NCBI GenBank assembly: GCA_964372175.1
Contig: CAYJPP010000004.1
Coordinates: forward strand, 1 to 38,932
From: an uncultured Muribaculaceae bacterium
GTDB taxonomy: Bacteria; Bacillota_I; Bacilli_A; RF39; UBA660
Reading direction: 5' to 3'
Length of the DNA: 38,932 bases
Both the position numbers and the translations under genes were made by a program. The notes below the pieces were generated by a model. That model saw nothing but the letters and a program-made list of their open reading frames with translations, was not told the origin of the DNA and made no database searches. Position 1 is the stretch's first letter; every line of letters starts with the position of its first letter. Shown one piece after another: positions 27,044 through 36,232 of this stretch.

Positions 27044-27873
27044 TGGAAGGTAAGATAATTAGAATTATTAGTGATGATTTTACAGTTTTAATAAATGATA
27101 AGAAAATAATTTGTAAAGCTCGTGGTAAATTTAGAAATTTAAATATTGTTCCTGTTGTTGGAGATAATGTTATAATTGATGAAGGTAAAAAAATTATTGA
27201 AAAAGTTTTAAAAAGAAAAAACAGTTTAATAAGACCTGTTGTTGCTAATATTGATCAAGCCATTATTGTTGTGAGTGTTAAAAAACCTGATTTAGATTTA
27301 TATTTATTAGATAAATTATTATGTTTAATTGAATTTAATAATATTAAGCCAATTATTTGTTTTACAAAATTAGATTTACTTGAAGATACTTCTTTTATAG
27401 AGAAAATTAAGTTATATTATAAAAATATCGGATATGATGTTTATTGTAGTTATGAACTTAATGAAATAGAAAAGATATTTGAAAATAAAATTTCTGTTTT
27501 TACTGGACAAAGTGGTGCTGGTAAATCAACTTTATTAAATAATTTGAATTCTGATTTGAATTTAAATACTAATGAAATTTCACTGGCTTTGGGGAGAGGT
27601 AAGCATACTACTAGACATGTTGAATTGTTAAATATATTTGGCGGTATGTGTGCTGACACACCAGGGTTTTCTTCTTTGAGTTTAAAAGAATTAACAAAAA
27701 GTGATATAAGAGATAATATGACTGAATTTAATACATATAGACATTTATGTAAATATAAAGATTGTATGCATGATAAAGAAGATGAATGTGAGATAAAAAA
27801 GTTAGTTGGGAATACTATTTTAGAATCTAGATATACTAATTATTTAAAATTTATAAAGGATGATATTATATGA
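27043..27873 (+). CDS. rsgA: ribosome small subunit-dependent GTPase A
   Basis: Circularly permuted GTPase (FTKLDL then GQSGAGKSTLLN). C-terminal zinc knuckle CKYKDCMHDKEDEC. Confidence 0.9.
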   Translation: MEGKIIRIISDDFTVLINDKKIICKARGKFRNLNIVPVVGDNVIIDEGKKIIEKVLKRKNSLIRPVVANIDQAIIVVSVKKPDLDLYLLDKLLCLIEFNNIKPIICFTKLDLLEDTSFIEKIKLYYKNIGYDVYCSYELNEIEKIFENKISVFTGQSGAGKSTLLNNLNSDLNLNTNEISLALGRGKHTTRHVELLNIFGGMCADTPGFSSLSLKELTKSDIRDNMTEFNTYRHLCKYKDCMHDKEDECEIKKLVGNTILESRYTNYLKFIKDDII

Positions 27874-28469
27874 AAATAGCTGCTTCGTATTTAGGTATTA
27901 AAGAAAATTTAGAAGAAAATTTAATTAAGTTAAGTGAAACTAATATTGATTATATTCATGTTGATGTTATGGATGGATGTTTTGTTGCTAATAAAACTGT
28001 TAATAATATTGATTTATTAAGAAAAATTAATAAACCTCTTGATGTACATTTAATGGTTAAAGATGTTTATAAGTATATAGATGAGTATTCAATTTTGAAT
28101 CCTGTTTATATTACTTTTCATTTTGAACTTGATTGTGATATAATGAAGGTGATTGAATATATTAAAAGTAAAAACATTAAAGTTGGTATTTCAATTAAGC
28201 CATCAACAGATGTGTCTTTAATTACTAAGTATTTACCTTATATTGACTTAGTTTTAATAATGAGTGTCGAGCCAGGCTTGGGTGGACAGGAATATATTGG
28301 TGTTGAAGATAAGATTAACGAATTGAAAAATAAAGGGAATTTTGTAATTGAAGTAGATGGTGGGATTAATGATACGAATATAAAGGGATTAGCTGTTGAT
28401 ATAGCGGTCGTTGGTAGCTTTATTACAAATGGAGATTATCAAACACAAATTAACAAATTGAAGGAGTGA
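27870..28469 (+). CDS. rpe: ribulose-phosphate 3-epimerase
   Basis: HVDVMDG, DVHLMV, MSVEPGLGGQ and EVDGGI motifs. Conserved position after rsgA. Confidence 0.85.
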   Translation: MKIAASYLGIKENLEENLIKLSETNIDYIHVDVMDGCFVANKTVNNIDLLRKINKPLDVHLMVKDVYKYIDEYSILNPVYITFHFELDCDIMKVIEYIKSKNIKVGISIKPSTDVSLITKYLPYIDLVLIMSVEPGLGGQEYIGVEDKINELKNKGNFVIEVDGGINDTNIKGLAVDIAVVGSFITNGDYQTQINKLKE

Positions 28470-28470
28470 T

Positions 28471-29016
28471 ATGATGGATGATATTTTAATTTATGCAGAA
28501 GAAGAAATGGAAAATGTAATTGCTAATATGGAAAAAAGATTTACTAATGTTAGAGCGGGGAGAGCTAATCCTAATATTTTAGACGGAGTTATGGTTAATT
28601 ATTATGGGGTAGATACGCCTTTAAAACAATTAGCTAATATTTCAATTCCAGAAGCTAGGCAACTAGCTATTAAACCTTTTGATAAAGGGGCACTAGGAGC
28701 GATTGAAAAAGGAATACATGAAGCAAATATAGGTCTAACGCCTAATAATAATGGTGAGATTGTTATTTTAAATATTCCCGTTTTAACAGAAGAAACAAGA
28801 AAAGATTATGTTAAACAAGTTAAATCAATAGCAGAAGATGCTAAAATAGGGTTAAGAAATGTTAGACAAGATAGTAATAATGAGGCTAAAAAATTAGAAA
28901 TATCAGAAGATGATATTAAGTATTGTCAAGATCAAGTTCAAGAATTAACTAATAAATATAATAAAATAGTTGAAGAGAAATTAAAAGAAAAAGAAACTGA
29001 ATTAATGAGTGTGTAA
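28471..29016 (+). CDS. frr: ribosome recycling factor
   Basis: FTNVRAGRANPNILD and full-length Frr pattern. AAGGAG SD. Confidence 0.95.
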   Translation: MMDDILIYAEEEMENVIANMEKRFTNVRAGRANPNILDGVMVNYYGVDTPLKQLANISIPEARQLAIKPFDKGALGAIEKGIHEANIGLTPNNNGEIVILNIPVLTEETRKDYVKQVKSIAEDAKIGLRNVRQDSNNEAKKLEISEDDIKYCQDQVQELTNKYNKIVEEKLKEKETELMSV

Positions 29017-29018
29017 TT

Positions 29019-30167
29019 ATGTTTAGAAAAAAAGAAGAATCTAATTTAAATTATACAAGATTAAATAAACTAATTTCTCTTGGACATTCTGTTTTAAAAG
29101 TATTATTTTTTGTTTTAATAGTAGCTGGTATATATGTTGCTACAATTGTTTTACGAGATACAGGTATTATTAAATATTTATTTATAATTTTAGGTATTTT
29201 ATCTCCGTTATTTATAGGAATTGTAATTGCATGGTTATTTGATCCGATCGTTACCTTTTTAAATAAAAAAGGACTCCGTAGAAGCTTTGGGGCAGCAGCT
29301 TGCTATTTAGTTCTATTTATTATAATATTTTTGGTATTAAACTCAATAATTCCATTATTGGCAGATCAAATAAATGAGTTTGTCAGTAATACGATACCGG
29401 GGGTTATAGCGACTTTTGAAACATGGATTAATATTGCTTTTGATGAACTTAAAAGTATTGAAGGTTTTGACGTTGAAGCTTTTCAAGGCAATGCCTTTGC
29501 GCAATTTGAAAATATTATAGGTGGTATAGTAAGTGCTTTACCTGATTTCTTAGTTTCATTTGTAACAGGTTTGTTTTCAGGTATTGGTGTATTTGTAATT
29601 GGTTTAATTATAGGATTTATGTTATTAATTGATTTTGATAAGCATAGTTCGAATTTGTTTAACTTATTTCCTAGAAAACAAAGAAAAAATGCTCGTGAAA
29701 TAGCAGAGGTTATTGATAGCCCACTTAGAAATTTCGTTAAGGGTGCTTTAATAGATAGTTCAGTTGTCTTTGTATTAAGTTCAATTGCATTTTCTATAAT
29801 AGGATTAGAGTCACCAATCGTATTTGCATTATTTTGTGCGATAACCAATATAATACCTTATGCTGGGCCATATATTGGTGGGGCACCAGCTGTTTTAGTA
29901 GGTTTAACACAAAGTATACCAATAGGTCTAGGAGTACTTATTACGGTTGCTGTTTTACAATTTATTGAAGGTAACTTCTTACAACCATTTATTATGAGTA
30001 AAACAACCAAAGTAAATCCAGTTTTAATAATATCAGGTTTATTAGTATTTGGATATTTCTTTGGAATATTAGGTATGATTTTATCAACACCTATTCTTGC
30101 AACAATTAAAGAATTATTTACATATTTTAATAATAAATATGAATTAATAAATATTAAAGTAGATTAG
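29019..30167 (+). CDS. AI-2E family transporter (PerM/YdbI-like permease)
   Basis: Polytopic membrane protein with NIIPYAGPYIGGAP and FIEGNFLQP motifs. Confidence 0.85.
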   Translation: MFRKKEESNLNYTRLNKLISLGHSVLKVLFFVLIVAGIYVATIVLRDTGIIKYLFIILGILSPLFIGIVIAWLFDPIVTFLNKKGLRRSFGAAACYLVLFIIIFLVLNSIIPLLADQINEFVSNTIPGVIATFETWINIAFDELKSIEGFDVEAFQGNAFAQFENIIGGIVSALPDFLVSFVTGLFSGIGVFVIGLIIGFMLLIDFDKHSSNLFNLFPRKQRKNAREIAEVIDSPLRNFVKGALIDSSVVFVLSSIAFSIIGLESPIVFALFCAITNIIPYAGPYIGGAPAVLVGLTQSIPIGLGVLITVAVLQFIEGNFLQPFIMSKTTKVNPVLIISGLLVFGYFFGILGMILSTPILATIKELFTYFNNKYELINIKVD

Positions 30168-30178
30168 TCTACTTTTTT
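30156..30178 (+). terminator. intrinsic terminator after the AI-2E permease gene
   Basis: AAAGTAGA / TCTACTTT stem with TTAG loop, then a T-run. Overlaps the stop codon. Confidence 0.7.
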
Positions 30179-30238
30179 ATTTTAACTTAAATAAAATCAT
30201 ATTTTTTTAATATAACAGTGTACATAAGTTAAAAATTA

Positions 30239-30247
30239 TGATATATT
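30239..30247 (+). promoter_or_regulatory. extended -10 element (TGaTATATT) upstream of the pilin-like gene
   Basis: Read directly. A TGTACA -35-like hexamer lies 17 nt upstream. GGAGG SD follows at about 30272. Confidence 0.35.
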
Positions 30248-30282
30248 TATATAGGATACATAGTTTAAGAAGGAGGAATTGT

Positions 30283-31857
30283 ATGCAAGAAAAAAATGTA
30301 GGTAAGCCTTATAAATCAGCGTTTACATTAATAGAATTATTAGCAGTTATAATAATTTTAGCAATAGTAGCTTTAATAGCAACACCAATAATATTAGATG
30401 TGATAGAAGATGCAGAAAAATCTGCTAATCTTTCAGAAGCGAATTTAATATTAAGTGGAGCAGAAACATTTTACGCAACAAGTAGGTTAACAGAAGAAAA
30501 TGAAGAATTATTTGATGGAAAAGAAAATGTATATGATTTTATGGACCTGACAGGAGAAACATTAGAATATGCAACAATAAAAATTGATAAAGAAGGGAAG
30601 ATAACATTAGCGTTGTGGATAGATAATAAATGTTATGAAAAAGCATCAACAGAAGAAAAAATAGAAATAGATGAAACAGTAACAGAAGGAAGTAGTTGTG
30701 CATCAAAAACAGATGTAACAGAACCAGAAGTGCCATCAACTGAAAATATTACAGTAGCATTACCAACAGGACTAGTACCTGTAAAAATATCATATGATGA
30801 AAATGATTCAGTTGCATCTGGAATAATAACAGTAGCAGATACAAATGAAGAATGGTATGATTATGATAATAGTGAGTGGGCAAATGCAGTTGTAGTGAAT
30901 GATGAAACATACAGAACAGCTGCTGCTGGAACTATAATTCCAACAAGCGCAATAGAACAAATGTATGTGTACATCCCACGATATAAGTACGAAATATTTT
31001 CATCCAACACACCGATAACTGTTAATATTGAGTTTGAAGATAAAGATGTAGATACAAAAGAAGTAGTGCTGTTAACAAGTGATCCAGCAAGTGTAGCAGG
31101 AGAGTGGTTAACCCACCCAGCATTCTCATATACAGAAGAAGATGGAACAACAGTTGAATTAGACGGAATATGGGTAGGAAAGTTTGAGCAGGGATCGGAA
31201 AGTAAAATAATTCCTAATATAAATTCTTATGGCAATTTTAGTATGCATTCTCTATATACACTAATAATAAATGGAAATGGAAAAAATGGATTAAATAGTA
31301 CATCAGATATACATATGTTAAAAAATAGTGAATGGGGAGCTATATTGTATTTATCGCAATCTAATTATGGAATATGCAAAACAGCCCCAAATGAAAATTG
31401 TTCACAATCAATTTCAAATAGTTTAGGTTCAGATGGTTATAAATGGAATACCCCAAATGGAGTTATTGCAAGTACGACGCATAATATAACTGGTATATAT
31501 GATATGGCTGGTGAGAATACTGAATATATGATGGCAGTAGGGAATCAAGAGATAAGTTCTCTTGGAATTGATCCCGCACCAAAACAAAAATACTATGATA
31601 ATTATGAATTAGCGAGTAGTGATAATATATATACATTTGGTTTATTAGGAGATGCAACAAAGGAAATGCAACCAAGTGATAGTAATGTAACATGGAATGA
31701 AAGTGACGCATACTTTATAAATTCAGTGACTGGTTCTTGGTTTAGACGCGGAGGCTTGGGAGATTCAGTTTCAGATTCTGATGCATTCGCATTCCATAAT
31801 AGTGGCGCGTTTAACTCATACAATTCTGGACGTTCAGCCCTTTGGGTAATAGAATAA
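30283..31857 (+). CDS. prepilin-type N-terminal domain protein with large C-terminal FGE-sulfatase/C-lectin-like region
   Basis: KSAFTLIELLAVIIILAIVALIATP is a class III (pilin) signal with Glu+5. C-terminal GIWVGKFE and TGIYDMAGENTEYM resemble the GxYDMxGNVWEW motif. ATG 30283 follows AGGAGG. Confidence 0.75.
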   Translation: MQEKNVGKPYKSAFTLIELLAVIIILAIVALIATPIILDVIEDAEKSANLSEANLILSGAETFYATSRLTEENEELFDGKENVYDFMDLTGETLEYATIKIDKEGKITLALWIDNKCYEKASTEEKIEIDETVTEGSSCASKTDVTEPEVPSTENITVALPTGLVPVKISYDENDSVASGIITVADTNEEWYDYDNSEWANAVVVNDETYRTAAAGTIIPTSAIEQMYVYIPRYKYEIFSSNTPITVNIEFEDKDVDTKEVVLLTSDPASVAGEWLTHPAFSYTEEDGTTVELDGIWVGKFEQGSESKIIPNINSYGNFSMHSLYTLIINGNGKNGLNSTSDIHMLKNSEWGAILYLSQSNYGICKTAPNENCSQSISNSLGSDGYKWNTPNGVIASTTHNITGIYDMAGENTEYMMAVGNQEISSLGIDPAPKQKYYDNYELASSDNIYTFGLLGDATKEMQPSDSNVTWNESDAYFINSVTGSWFRRGGLGDSVSDSDAFAFHNSGAFNSYNSGRSALWVIE

Positions 31858-31858
31858 A

Positions 31859-32851
31859 TTATAATAAAACACTGAAACTTATGGCAATCAATGAAGCGAT
31901 TAGTCCTATAATCCAAAATAGTTTAACTATTTCTGCTTCATTCCAGCCTAGTTTTTCAAATGTGTGATGAATAGGAGTCATTAAAAAGACTCTTTTTTTT
32001 GTGAATTTATAATATATTCTTTGTATTATGCAGGTAGTTGTTTCGATTACAAATACTATTCCAATTAATATTAATAGTAGTTCATGTCTTGTTATGATTG
32101 CTATGGCTCCTAGGGTTGCTCCTAGGGATAATGAGCCGGTGTCGCCCATAAATATTTTGGCTGGATTAACATTAAATACTAAGAATCCTAATATTGAGCC
32201 TACTAATGAAAAACACAATAGGGCTATACTTTCGTATCCTTCTAACCATCCTGTGTTGTATGTTATAATTCCAAAGGTTAAGAAGGCTATTAATGTTAGA
32301 CCGCCTGCTAGGCCATCTAGTCCATCTGTTATATTAACTGAGTTTGATGATGATAACAAGACGAACAAAATAAATAATCCATATACAAAGCCCATTTCTA
32401 TTTTTATATCTAGTGAATGAATCCATAATAGTGGTTCGTTGCCTGATTTCATAAATAGATAGAAAAATATAATGGCTATTATCACTTGGAGTATAAGTTT
32501 TTTTCCTTCTGATAGTCCTTTATTATTATTTTTAATTATTATTAAATAATCATCTATAAATCCTATTAGACCGTAGCTTAAAAATGTAAATATAATAATT
32601 ATTAAATTATATGATATGTTTATTTTATTTGTTATAAGCATTACTAACATTATTATAATGGTTGATGTAATAAATATAAGTCCTCCCATGGTGGGCGTTC
32701 CTATTTTTTTTTGATGGCTTGTTCTTAGGTAATCATTTAGTCTTTGGTTTGCTTTTAACTTTTTTAATATAGGTATTAAGATAAATCCTATCAACATTGC
32801 TAATATAAAACTAGCAAGTAAAACAATAACTGCTTTTGTTAATAATAACAT
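31859..32851 (-). CDS. mraY: phospho-N-acetylmuramoyl-pentapeptide-transferase
   Basis: NITDGLDGLAGG, FMGDTGSLSLG and PIHHTFE motifs. 10-TM pattern. Confidence 0.95.
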   Translation of the reverse strand: MLLLTKAVIVLLASFILAMLIGFILIPILKKLKANQRLNDYLRTSHQKKIGTPTMGGLIFITSTIIIMLVMLITNKINISYNLIIIIFTFLSYGLIGFIDDYLIIIKNNNKGLSEGKKLILQVIIAIIFFYLFMKSGNEPLLWIHSLDIKIEMGFVYGLFILFVLLSSSNSVNITDGLDGLAGGLTLIAFLTFGIITYNTGWLEGYESIALLCFSLVGSILGFLVFNVNPAKIFMGDTGSLSLGATLGAIAIITRHELLLILIGIVFVIETTTCIIQRIYYKFTKKRVFLMTPIHHTFEKLGWNEAEIVKLFWIIGLIASLIAISFSVLL

Positions 32852-34762
32852 TTATTCATCTCCTAACAATAATTTTATGGTATCTCCTTCATATACAAGG
32901 GTATTAGATGTTGGTGTTTGATGTATAACTTTATTTCCAGAACCAGAAAATTCAATTTTAAAATCTTTTAATAGTTTTATTGCTTCTTCAATGTTTATAT
33001 TTGTAACATTAGGTATTCTTATTTGTTTTTTATCGGGATAAACATATTCTTTATCTAATCCGTTTTCTCTTTTTTCTATATTTAATGTATTTATTATGTC
33101 TAACATAACGTTTTTAGCGATAGGCGCAGCTACTGTCCCACCATATTGTGTGACTCCTTTGGCGTTATCTATGGCTATATAAACTACTACTTCTGGATCG
33201 TCTGCCGGTAAGAAGCCGATAAATGATGTTATGTAATTTCCAACTAAATAACTACCGTTTTCAACTTTTTGAGCTGTTCCTGTTTTTCCGCCAACTCTAT
33301 AATCGGCAATATAAGCATTTTTACCTGATCCGTTTGCGACAACTGATTCAAGGGCATATCTTATTTTATCTGAGGTGTCATCAGATATTACTTTTCTAAT
33401 AAGATTAGGTTCTGTACTTTTAATTACGGTGTTTGTTTCAGGTTCATTGATACTTTTAACAATATAAGGGGTATATAATAAACCGCCATTAATAGTTGCA
33501 GAAACGGCTGTTACTTGTTGAATAGGTGTGACTGATACTCCCTGGCCAAAGGCTGTTGTTGCTAGTTCTAGATTATTAACATTATCTAAATTAAATAATA
33601 TTCCTGATGCTTCTCCATTTAAATCGACATTAGTTTTCTCGCCAAAGCCAAAGTTATCAATGTAACTAAATAGTGTTTCTTTCCCTAATTTTAGACCTAA
33701 ATTAACAAAACCTGGGTTACATGAGTTTTCAACTACTTGTAAATATGTTTGATGACCATGGCCTCCATGTTTCCAACAGTGTAGGGTGGTTCCATCAACA
33801 TTAATTGAACCATCATCATAAAATGAGTCGTTATCTAAATCTATTAATTTTTCTTCTAGTGCCGCTGCTAAGGTGATTATTTTAAATGTTGAACCTGGTT
33901 CGTATGTCATCCAAATAGGTAAATTTCTATTGATGACTTCAGTTGTGTAGTTTTGATATTCAGAAGGAGTGAAGGTTGGTCTTGAAGATAAGGCTAGTAT
34001 CTCACCAGTATCAACATCCATAACTAGTCCTAGGGCTTGATCTGGATTATATTTACTTATGGCGTTGTTTAATTCTCTTTCTAATGCTAATTGAATGTTA
34101 TAATCAATGGTTAAATATAAATTCATACCGTTTTGTGGTTGTTCATATACTTCTGCTAGTTCTAGTCTGTTTCCCTTCGCATCACTGAAATATTTAATGG
34201 AACCATAACTTCCTGTTAAATATTCATCATACATTAGTTCTAAACCGGATAGTCCTTGGTTATCTATTCCAACAAATCCTAAGGTATGGGCTAGTAGTTC
34301 ATTATATGGATAATTACGTTTACTTTCTTTTAATAAATAAACACCAGCTAAATTTAAAGCACTTATTTCATCGGCTAATTGATAATCTAATCTTCTTCCT
34401 TCGGGATGAATTCTTTCAATGGATGTTTTTTTAAAGACATGTTCTTCTATTTCTTCGTAAGATACATTTAATTTTTCAGCTAATATTGTAGTTGTGTATT
34501 CTTTATCTATAATTTGGTTAGGTATTAATACTATCGAAGTTGTGGTTATATTATCTGCTAAAACAACACCATTTCTATCATATATAATACCTCTATCTGC
34601 TTCAACAGGTAAGTTTCTACTCCATAAACTAGTTGCTAAATGATTTAAATTATCATAAGATACAACTTGAACATACAATATTCTAACAATTATAGTAATA
34701 AAGAGTATTAATAAAATTAATAATAATATTTTTGTTCTGACATTAATATTTTTTACAAACAT
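32852..34762 (-). CDS. class B penicillin-binding protein (FtsI/PBP2B/SpoVD type) with one C-terminal PASTA domain
   Basis: N-terminal TM anchor. STFK, SCN and KTGTA transpeptidase motifs. AGGTGA SD. Confidence 0.9.
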   Translation of the reverse strand: MFVKNINVRTKILLLILLILFITIIVRILYVQVVSYDNLNHLATSLWSRNLPVEADRGIIYDRNGVVLADNITTTSIVLIPNQIIDKEYTTTILAEKLNVSYEEIEEHVFKKTSIERIHPEGRRLDYQLADEISALNLAGVYLLKESKRNYPYNELLAHTLGFVGIDNQGLSGLELMYDEYLTGSYGSIKYFSDAKGNRLELAEVYEQPQNGMNLYLTIDYNIQLALERELNNAISKYNPDQALGLVMDVDTGEILALSSRPTFTPSEYQNYTTEVINRNLPIWMTYEPGSTFKIITLAAALEEKLIDLDNDSFYDDGSINVDGTTLHCWKHGGHGHQTYLQVVENSCNPGFVNLGLKLGKETLFSYIDNFGFGEKTNVDLNGEASGILFNLDNVNNLELATTAFGQGVSVTPIQQVTAVSATINGGLLYTPYIVKSINEPETNTVIKSTEPNLIRKVISDDTSDKIRYALESVVANGSGKNAYIADYRVGGKTGTAQKVENGSYLVGNYITSFIGFLPADDPEVVVYIAIDNAKGVTQYGGTVAAPIAKNVMLDIINTLNIEKRENGLDKEYVYPDKKQIRIPNVTNINIEEAIKLLKDFKIEFSGSGNKVIHQTPTSNTLVYEGDTIKLLLGDE

Positions 34763-34815
34763 GTTATCACCTGTTTAAATGTATGAAATTATTTATAGTT
34801 TATTATTATTTCAAT

Positions 34816-34837
34816 AAAAAAATCCTTAATTTAAGGA
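34816..34837 (-). terminator. weak candidate intrinsic terminator after the T5orf172-like gene
   Basis: Minus-strand TCCTT-AAATT-AAGGA hairpin followed by T7. The stem is short. Confidence 0.45.
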
Positions 34838-34840
34838 GTT

Positions 34841-35491
34841 TTAACTATTTAATATATTTAACAGATCATTATATAATTTTATTCTAGTCTCAGCATTAAA
34901 ATTAGTATCTAAAACTAAATCATTAGGAAAATCGATATAGTTTTTTCTATCATAATGACTTTTACAATGTTTAATAAATTCATCTTTTTCGCGTAATATT
35001 TCTAAAAGTTCTTCTGGAAGATTTTTCTTATATTTATTTATTAAATCATCTTTTACTTTGTTATAGTCTTTTTTTGTAATGCTTTTTATGGAAGTACTTT
35101 CTTTTATAAATGGGTATACACTGTAACCATCTTCGACAAATTTAATTAATTCATTTTCATTTACTAAATATTCATAGATCAATTTATTAGCGATGTCATA
35201 ATCAATGTTGTAAACTTCTAAATTTGATAATTGTTTATTTTTAAGTTTTTTAATCTCTTTGATAGCTTTATCACATTTATTCATGTTTTTAACTTCAAAT
35301 TTTGTTGCAATTATTTTACCAGTTACAAAGTCACAATAAGGTGTGAAGCCGTGATAAGAGGTTCTTTTATGTTGAACTAATCTATCTTTTTCATTATCTA
35401 TATTTCCTGATTTCCCAATTTTAATAAAATCATTACATGTACCTACTATTAATTTAAATACATATATATATCCTTGTGTATTTTTACTCAT
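34841..35491 (-). CDS. T5orf172 / MUG113-type GIY-YIG-like domain protein
   Basis: GYIYVF (GIY-like), FIKIGKS (YIG-like), a following Arg (DRLVQH) and EVYN (Glu) within the first 100 aa. GGAGGT SD. Confidence 0.65.
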   Translation of the reverse strand: MSKNTQGYIYVFKLIVGTCNDFIKIGKSGNIDNEKDRLVQHKRTSYHGFTPYCDFVTGKIIATKFEVKNMNKCDKAIKEIKKLKNKQLSNLEVYNIDYDIANKLIYEYLVNENELIKFVEDGYSVYPFIKESTSIKSITKKDYNKVKDDLINKYKKNLPEELLEILREKDEFIKHCKSHYDRKNYIDFPNDLVLDTNFNAETRIKLYNDLLNILNS

Positions 35492-35645
35492 ATTTACCTC
35501 CGTATATATATTATAACAATAAATTTTATATAGTTCAATTTTAATTAATAAAGTGTGAACCTAAGTATATTTTTAATTATGTGGAATATCTTTATTATTA
35601 TGGTGATATAAGTATGATAGTTAGAATTAAAAAAGGAGAGATAAT

Positions 35646-36158
35646 ATGACATTTGATTTGTTTGAAAAAGAGCTAGTAAGTGAATATAAAAATATAATTC
35701 TAGGATACACAAAAACTAAAAATCAATTAGTTATTAGAAAATCAGTTTTAGAAGAAGTTATAACAGAATTAGTACCTTATACAAAAAATAAAGAATTAGA
35801 AATATTGAAACAAATGAGTAATCAAGCGCTTTTTATTAGTGATTTACATTTTAAAGTTAAAACAAGACAAGCAATAAACTATTTAAGTACATTAGGTTCA
35901 TATGCTTTGGCAACAACTAGTTTTGAATGTGGATTCTCACCAGCTTTGACAATTTTATTTGTTGGAGGTTCAATAATTGGAGGTAAAAACATTTATTTGA
36001 ATGCTAGTAAACTTAGTAAGTTGCGTAAAATAAAAATGTACACCGATAATCGTGATGTTTTAAAGAACTCTGTAATTACGCCTAACAATGTAACAACTTA
36101 CGAATTAGAACAAATACAAAATAATGTTAAAGCTTTAAAATTAGGAAATTCTAAGTAA
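35646..36158 (+). CDS. hypothetical protein with central hydrophobic hairpin
   Basis: AGGAGAG SD. Two short hydrophobic segments (LSTLGSYALATTSF, ALTILFVGGSIIGG). No recognisable motif. Confidence 0.55.
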   Translation: MTFDLFEKELVSEYKNIILGYTKTKNQLVIRKSVLEEVITELVPYTKNKELEILKQMSNQALFISDLHFKVKTRQAINYLSTLGSYALATTSFECGFSPALTILFVGGSIIGGKNIYLNASKLSKLRKIKMYTDNRDVLKNSVITPNNVTTYELEQIQNNVKALKLGNSK

Positions 36159-36170
36159 ATTTGTAATATA

Positions 36171-36194
36171 AAGGTGATAAAATCATCTTTTTTT
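36171..36194 (+). terminator. intrinsic terminator after the hypothetical gene
   Basis: AAGGTGAT / ATCATCTT stem (one G-U pair) with a 3-nt loop, then a T-run. Confidence 0.55.
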
Positions 36195-36203
36195 AATAAA
36201 AGG

Positions 36204-36232
36204 TTGCTTATATTAGTAATATAGTGTATAAT
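36204..36232 (+). promoter_or_regulatory. sigma-A-type promoter upstream of the DEAD-box helicase gene
   Basis: TTGCTT (36204-36209), 17 nt, TATAAT (36227-36232). Confidence 0.55.

Noticed and set aside
29483-29848. 121-aa minus-strand ORF inside the AI-2E permease gene
   Set aside because: It is an antisense shadow ORF. The sense gene is a complete polytopic permease.
30539-31916. Three minus-strand ORFs (30539-30739, 31463-31711, 31602-31916) over the pilin-like gene
   Set aside because: Their products are low-complexity (L/H/F/Y-rich). They exist only because the strong A-ending codon bias of the sense gene removes stop codons from the antisense frames.
32028-32420. 130-aa plus-strand ORF inside mraY
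   Set aside because: It is antisense to a full-length mraY carrying all signature motifs, and it has no SD.
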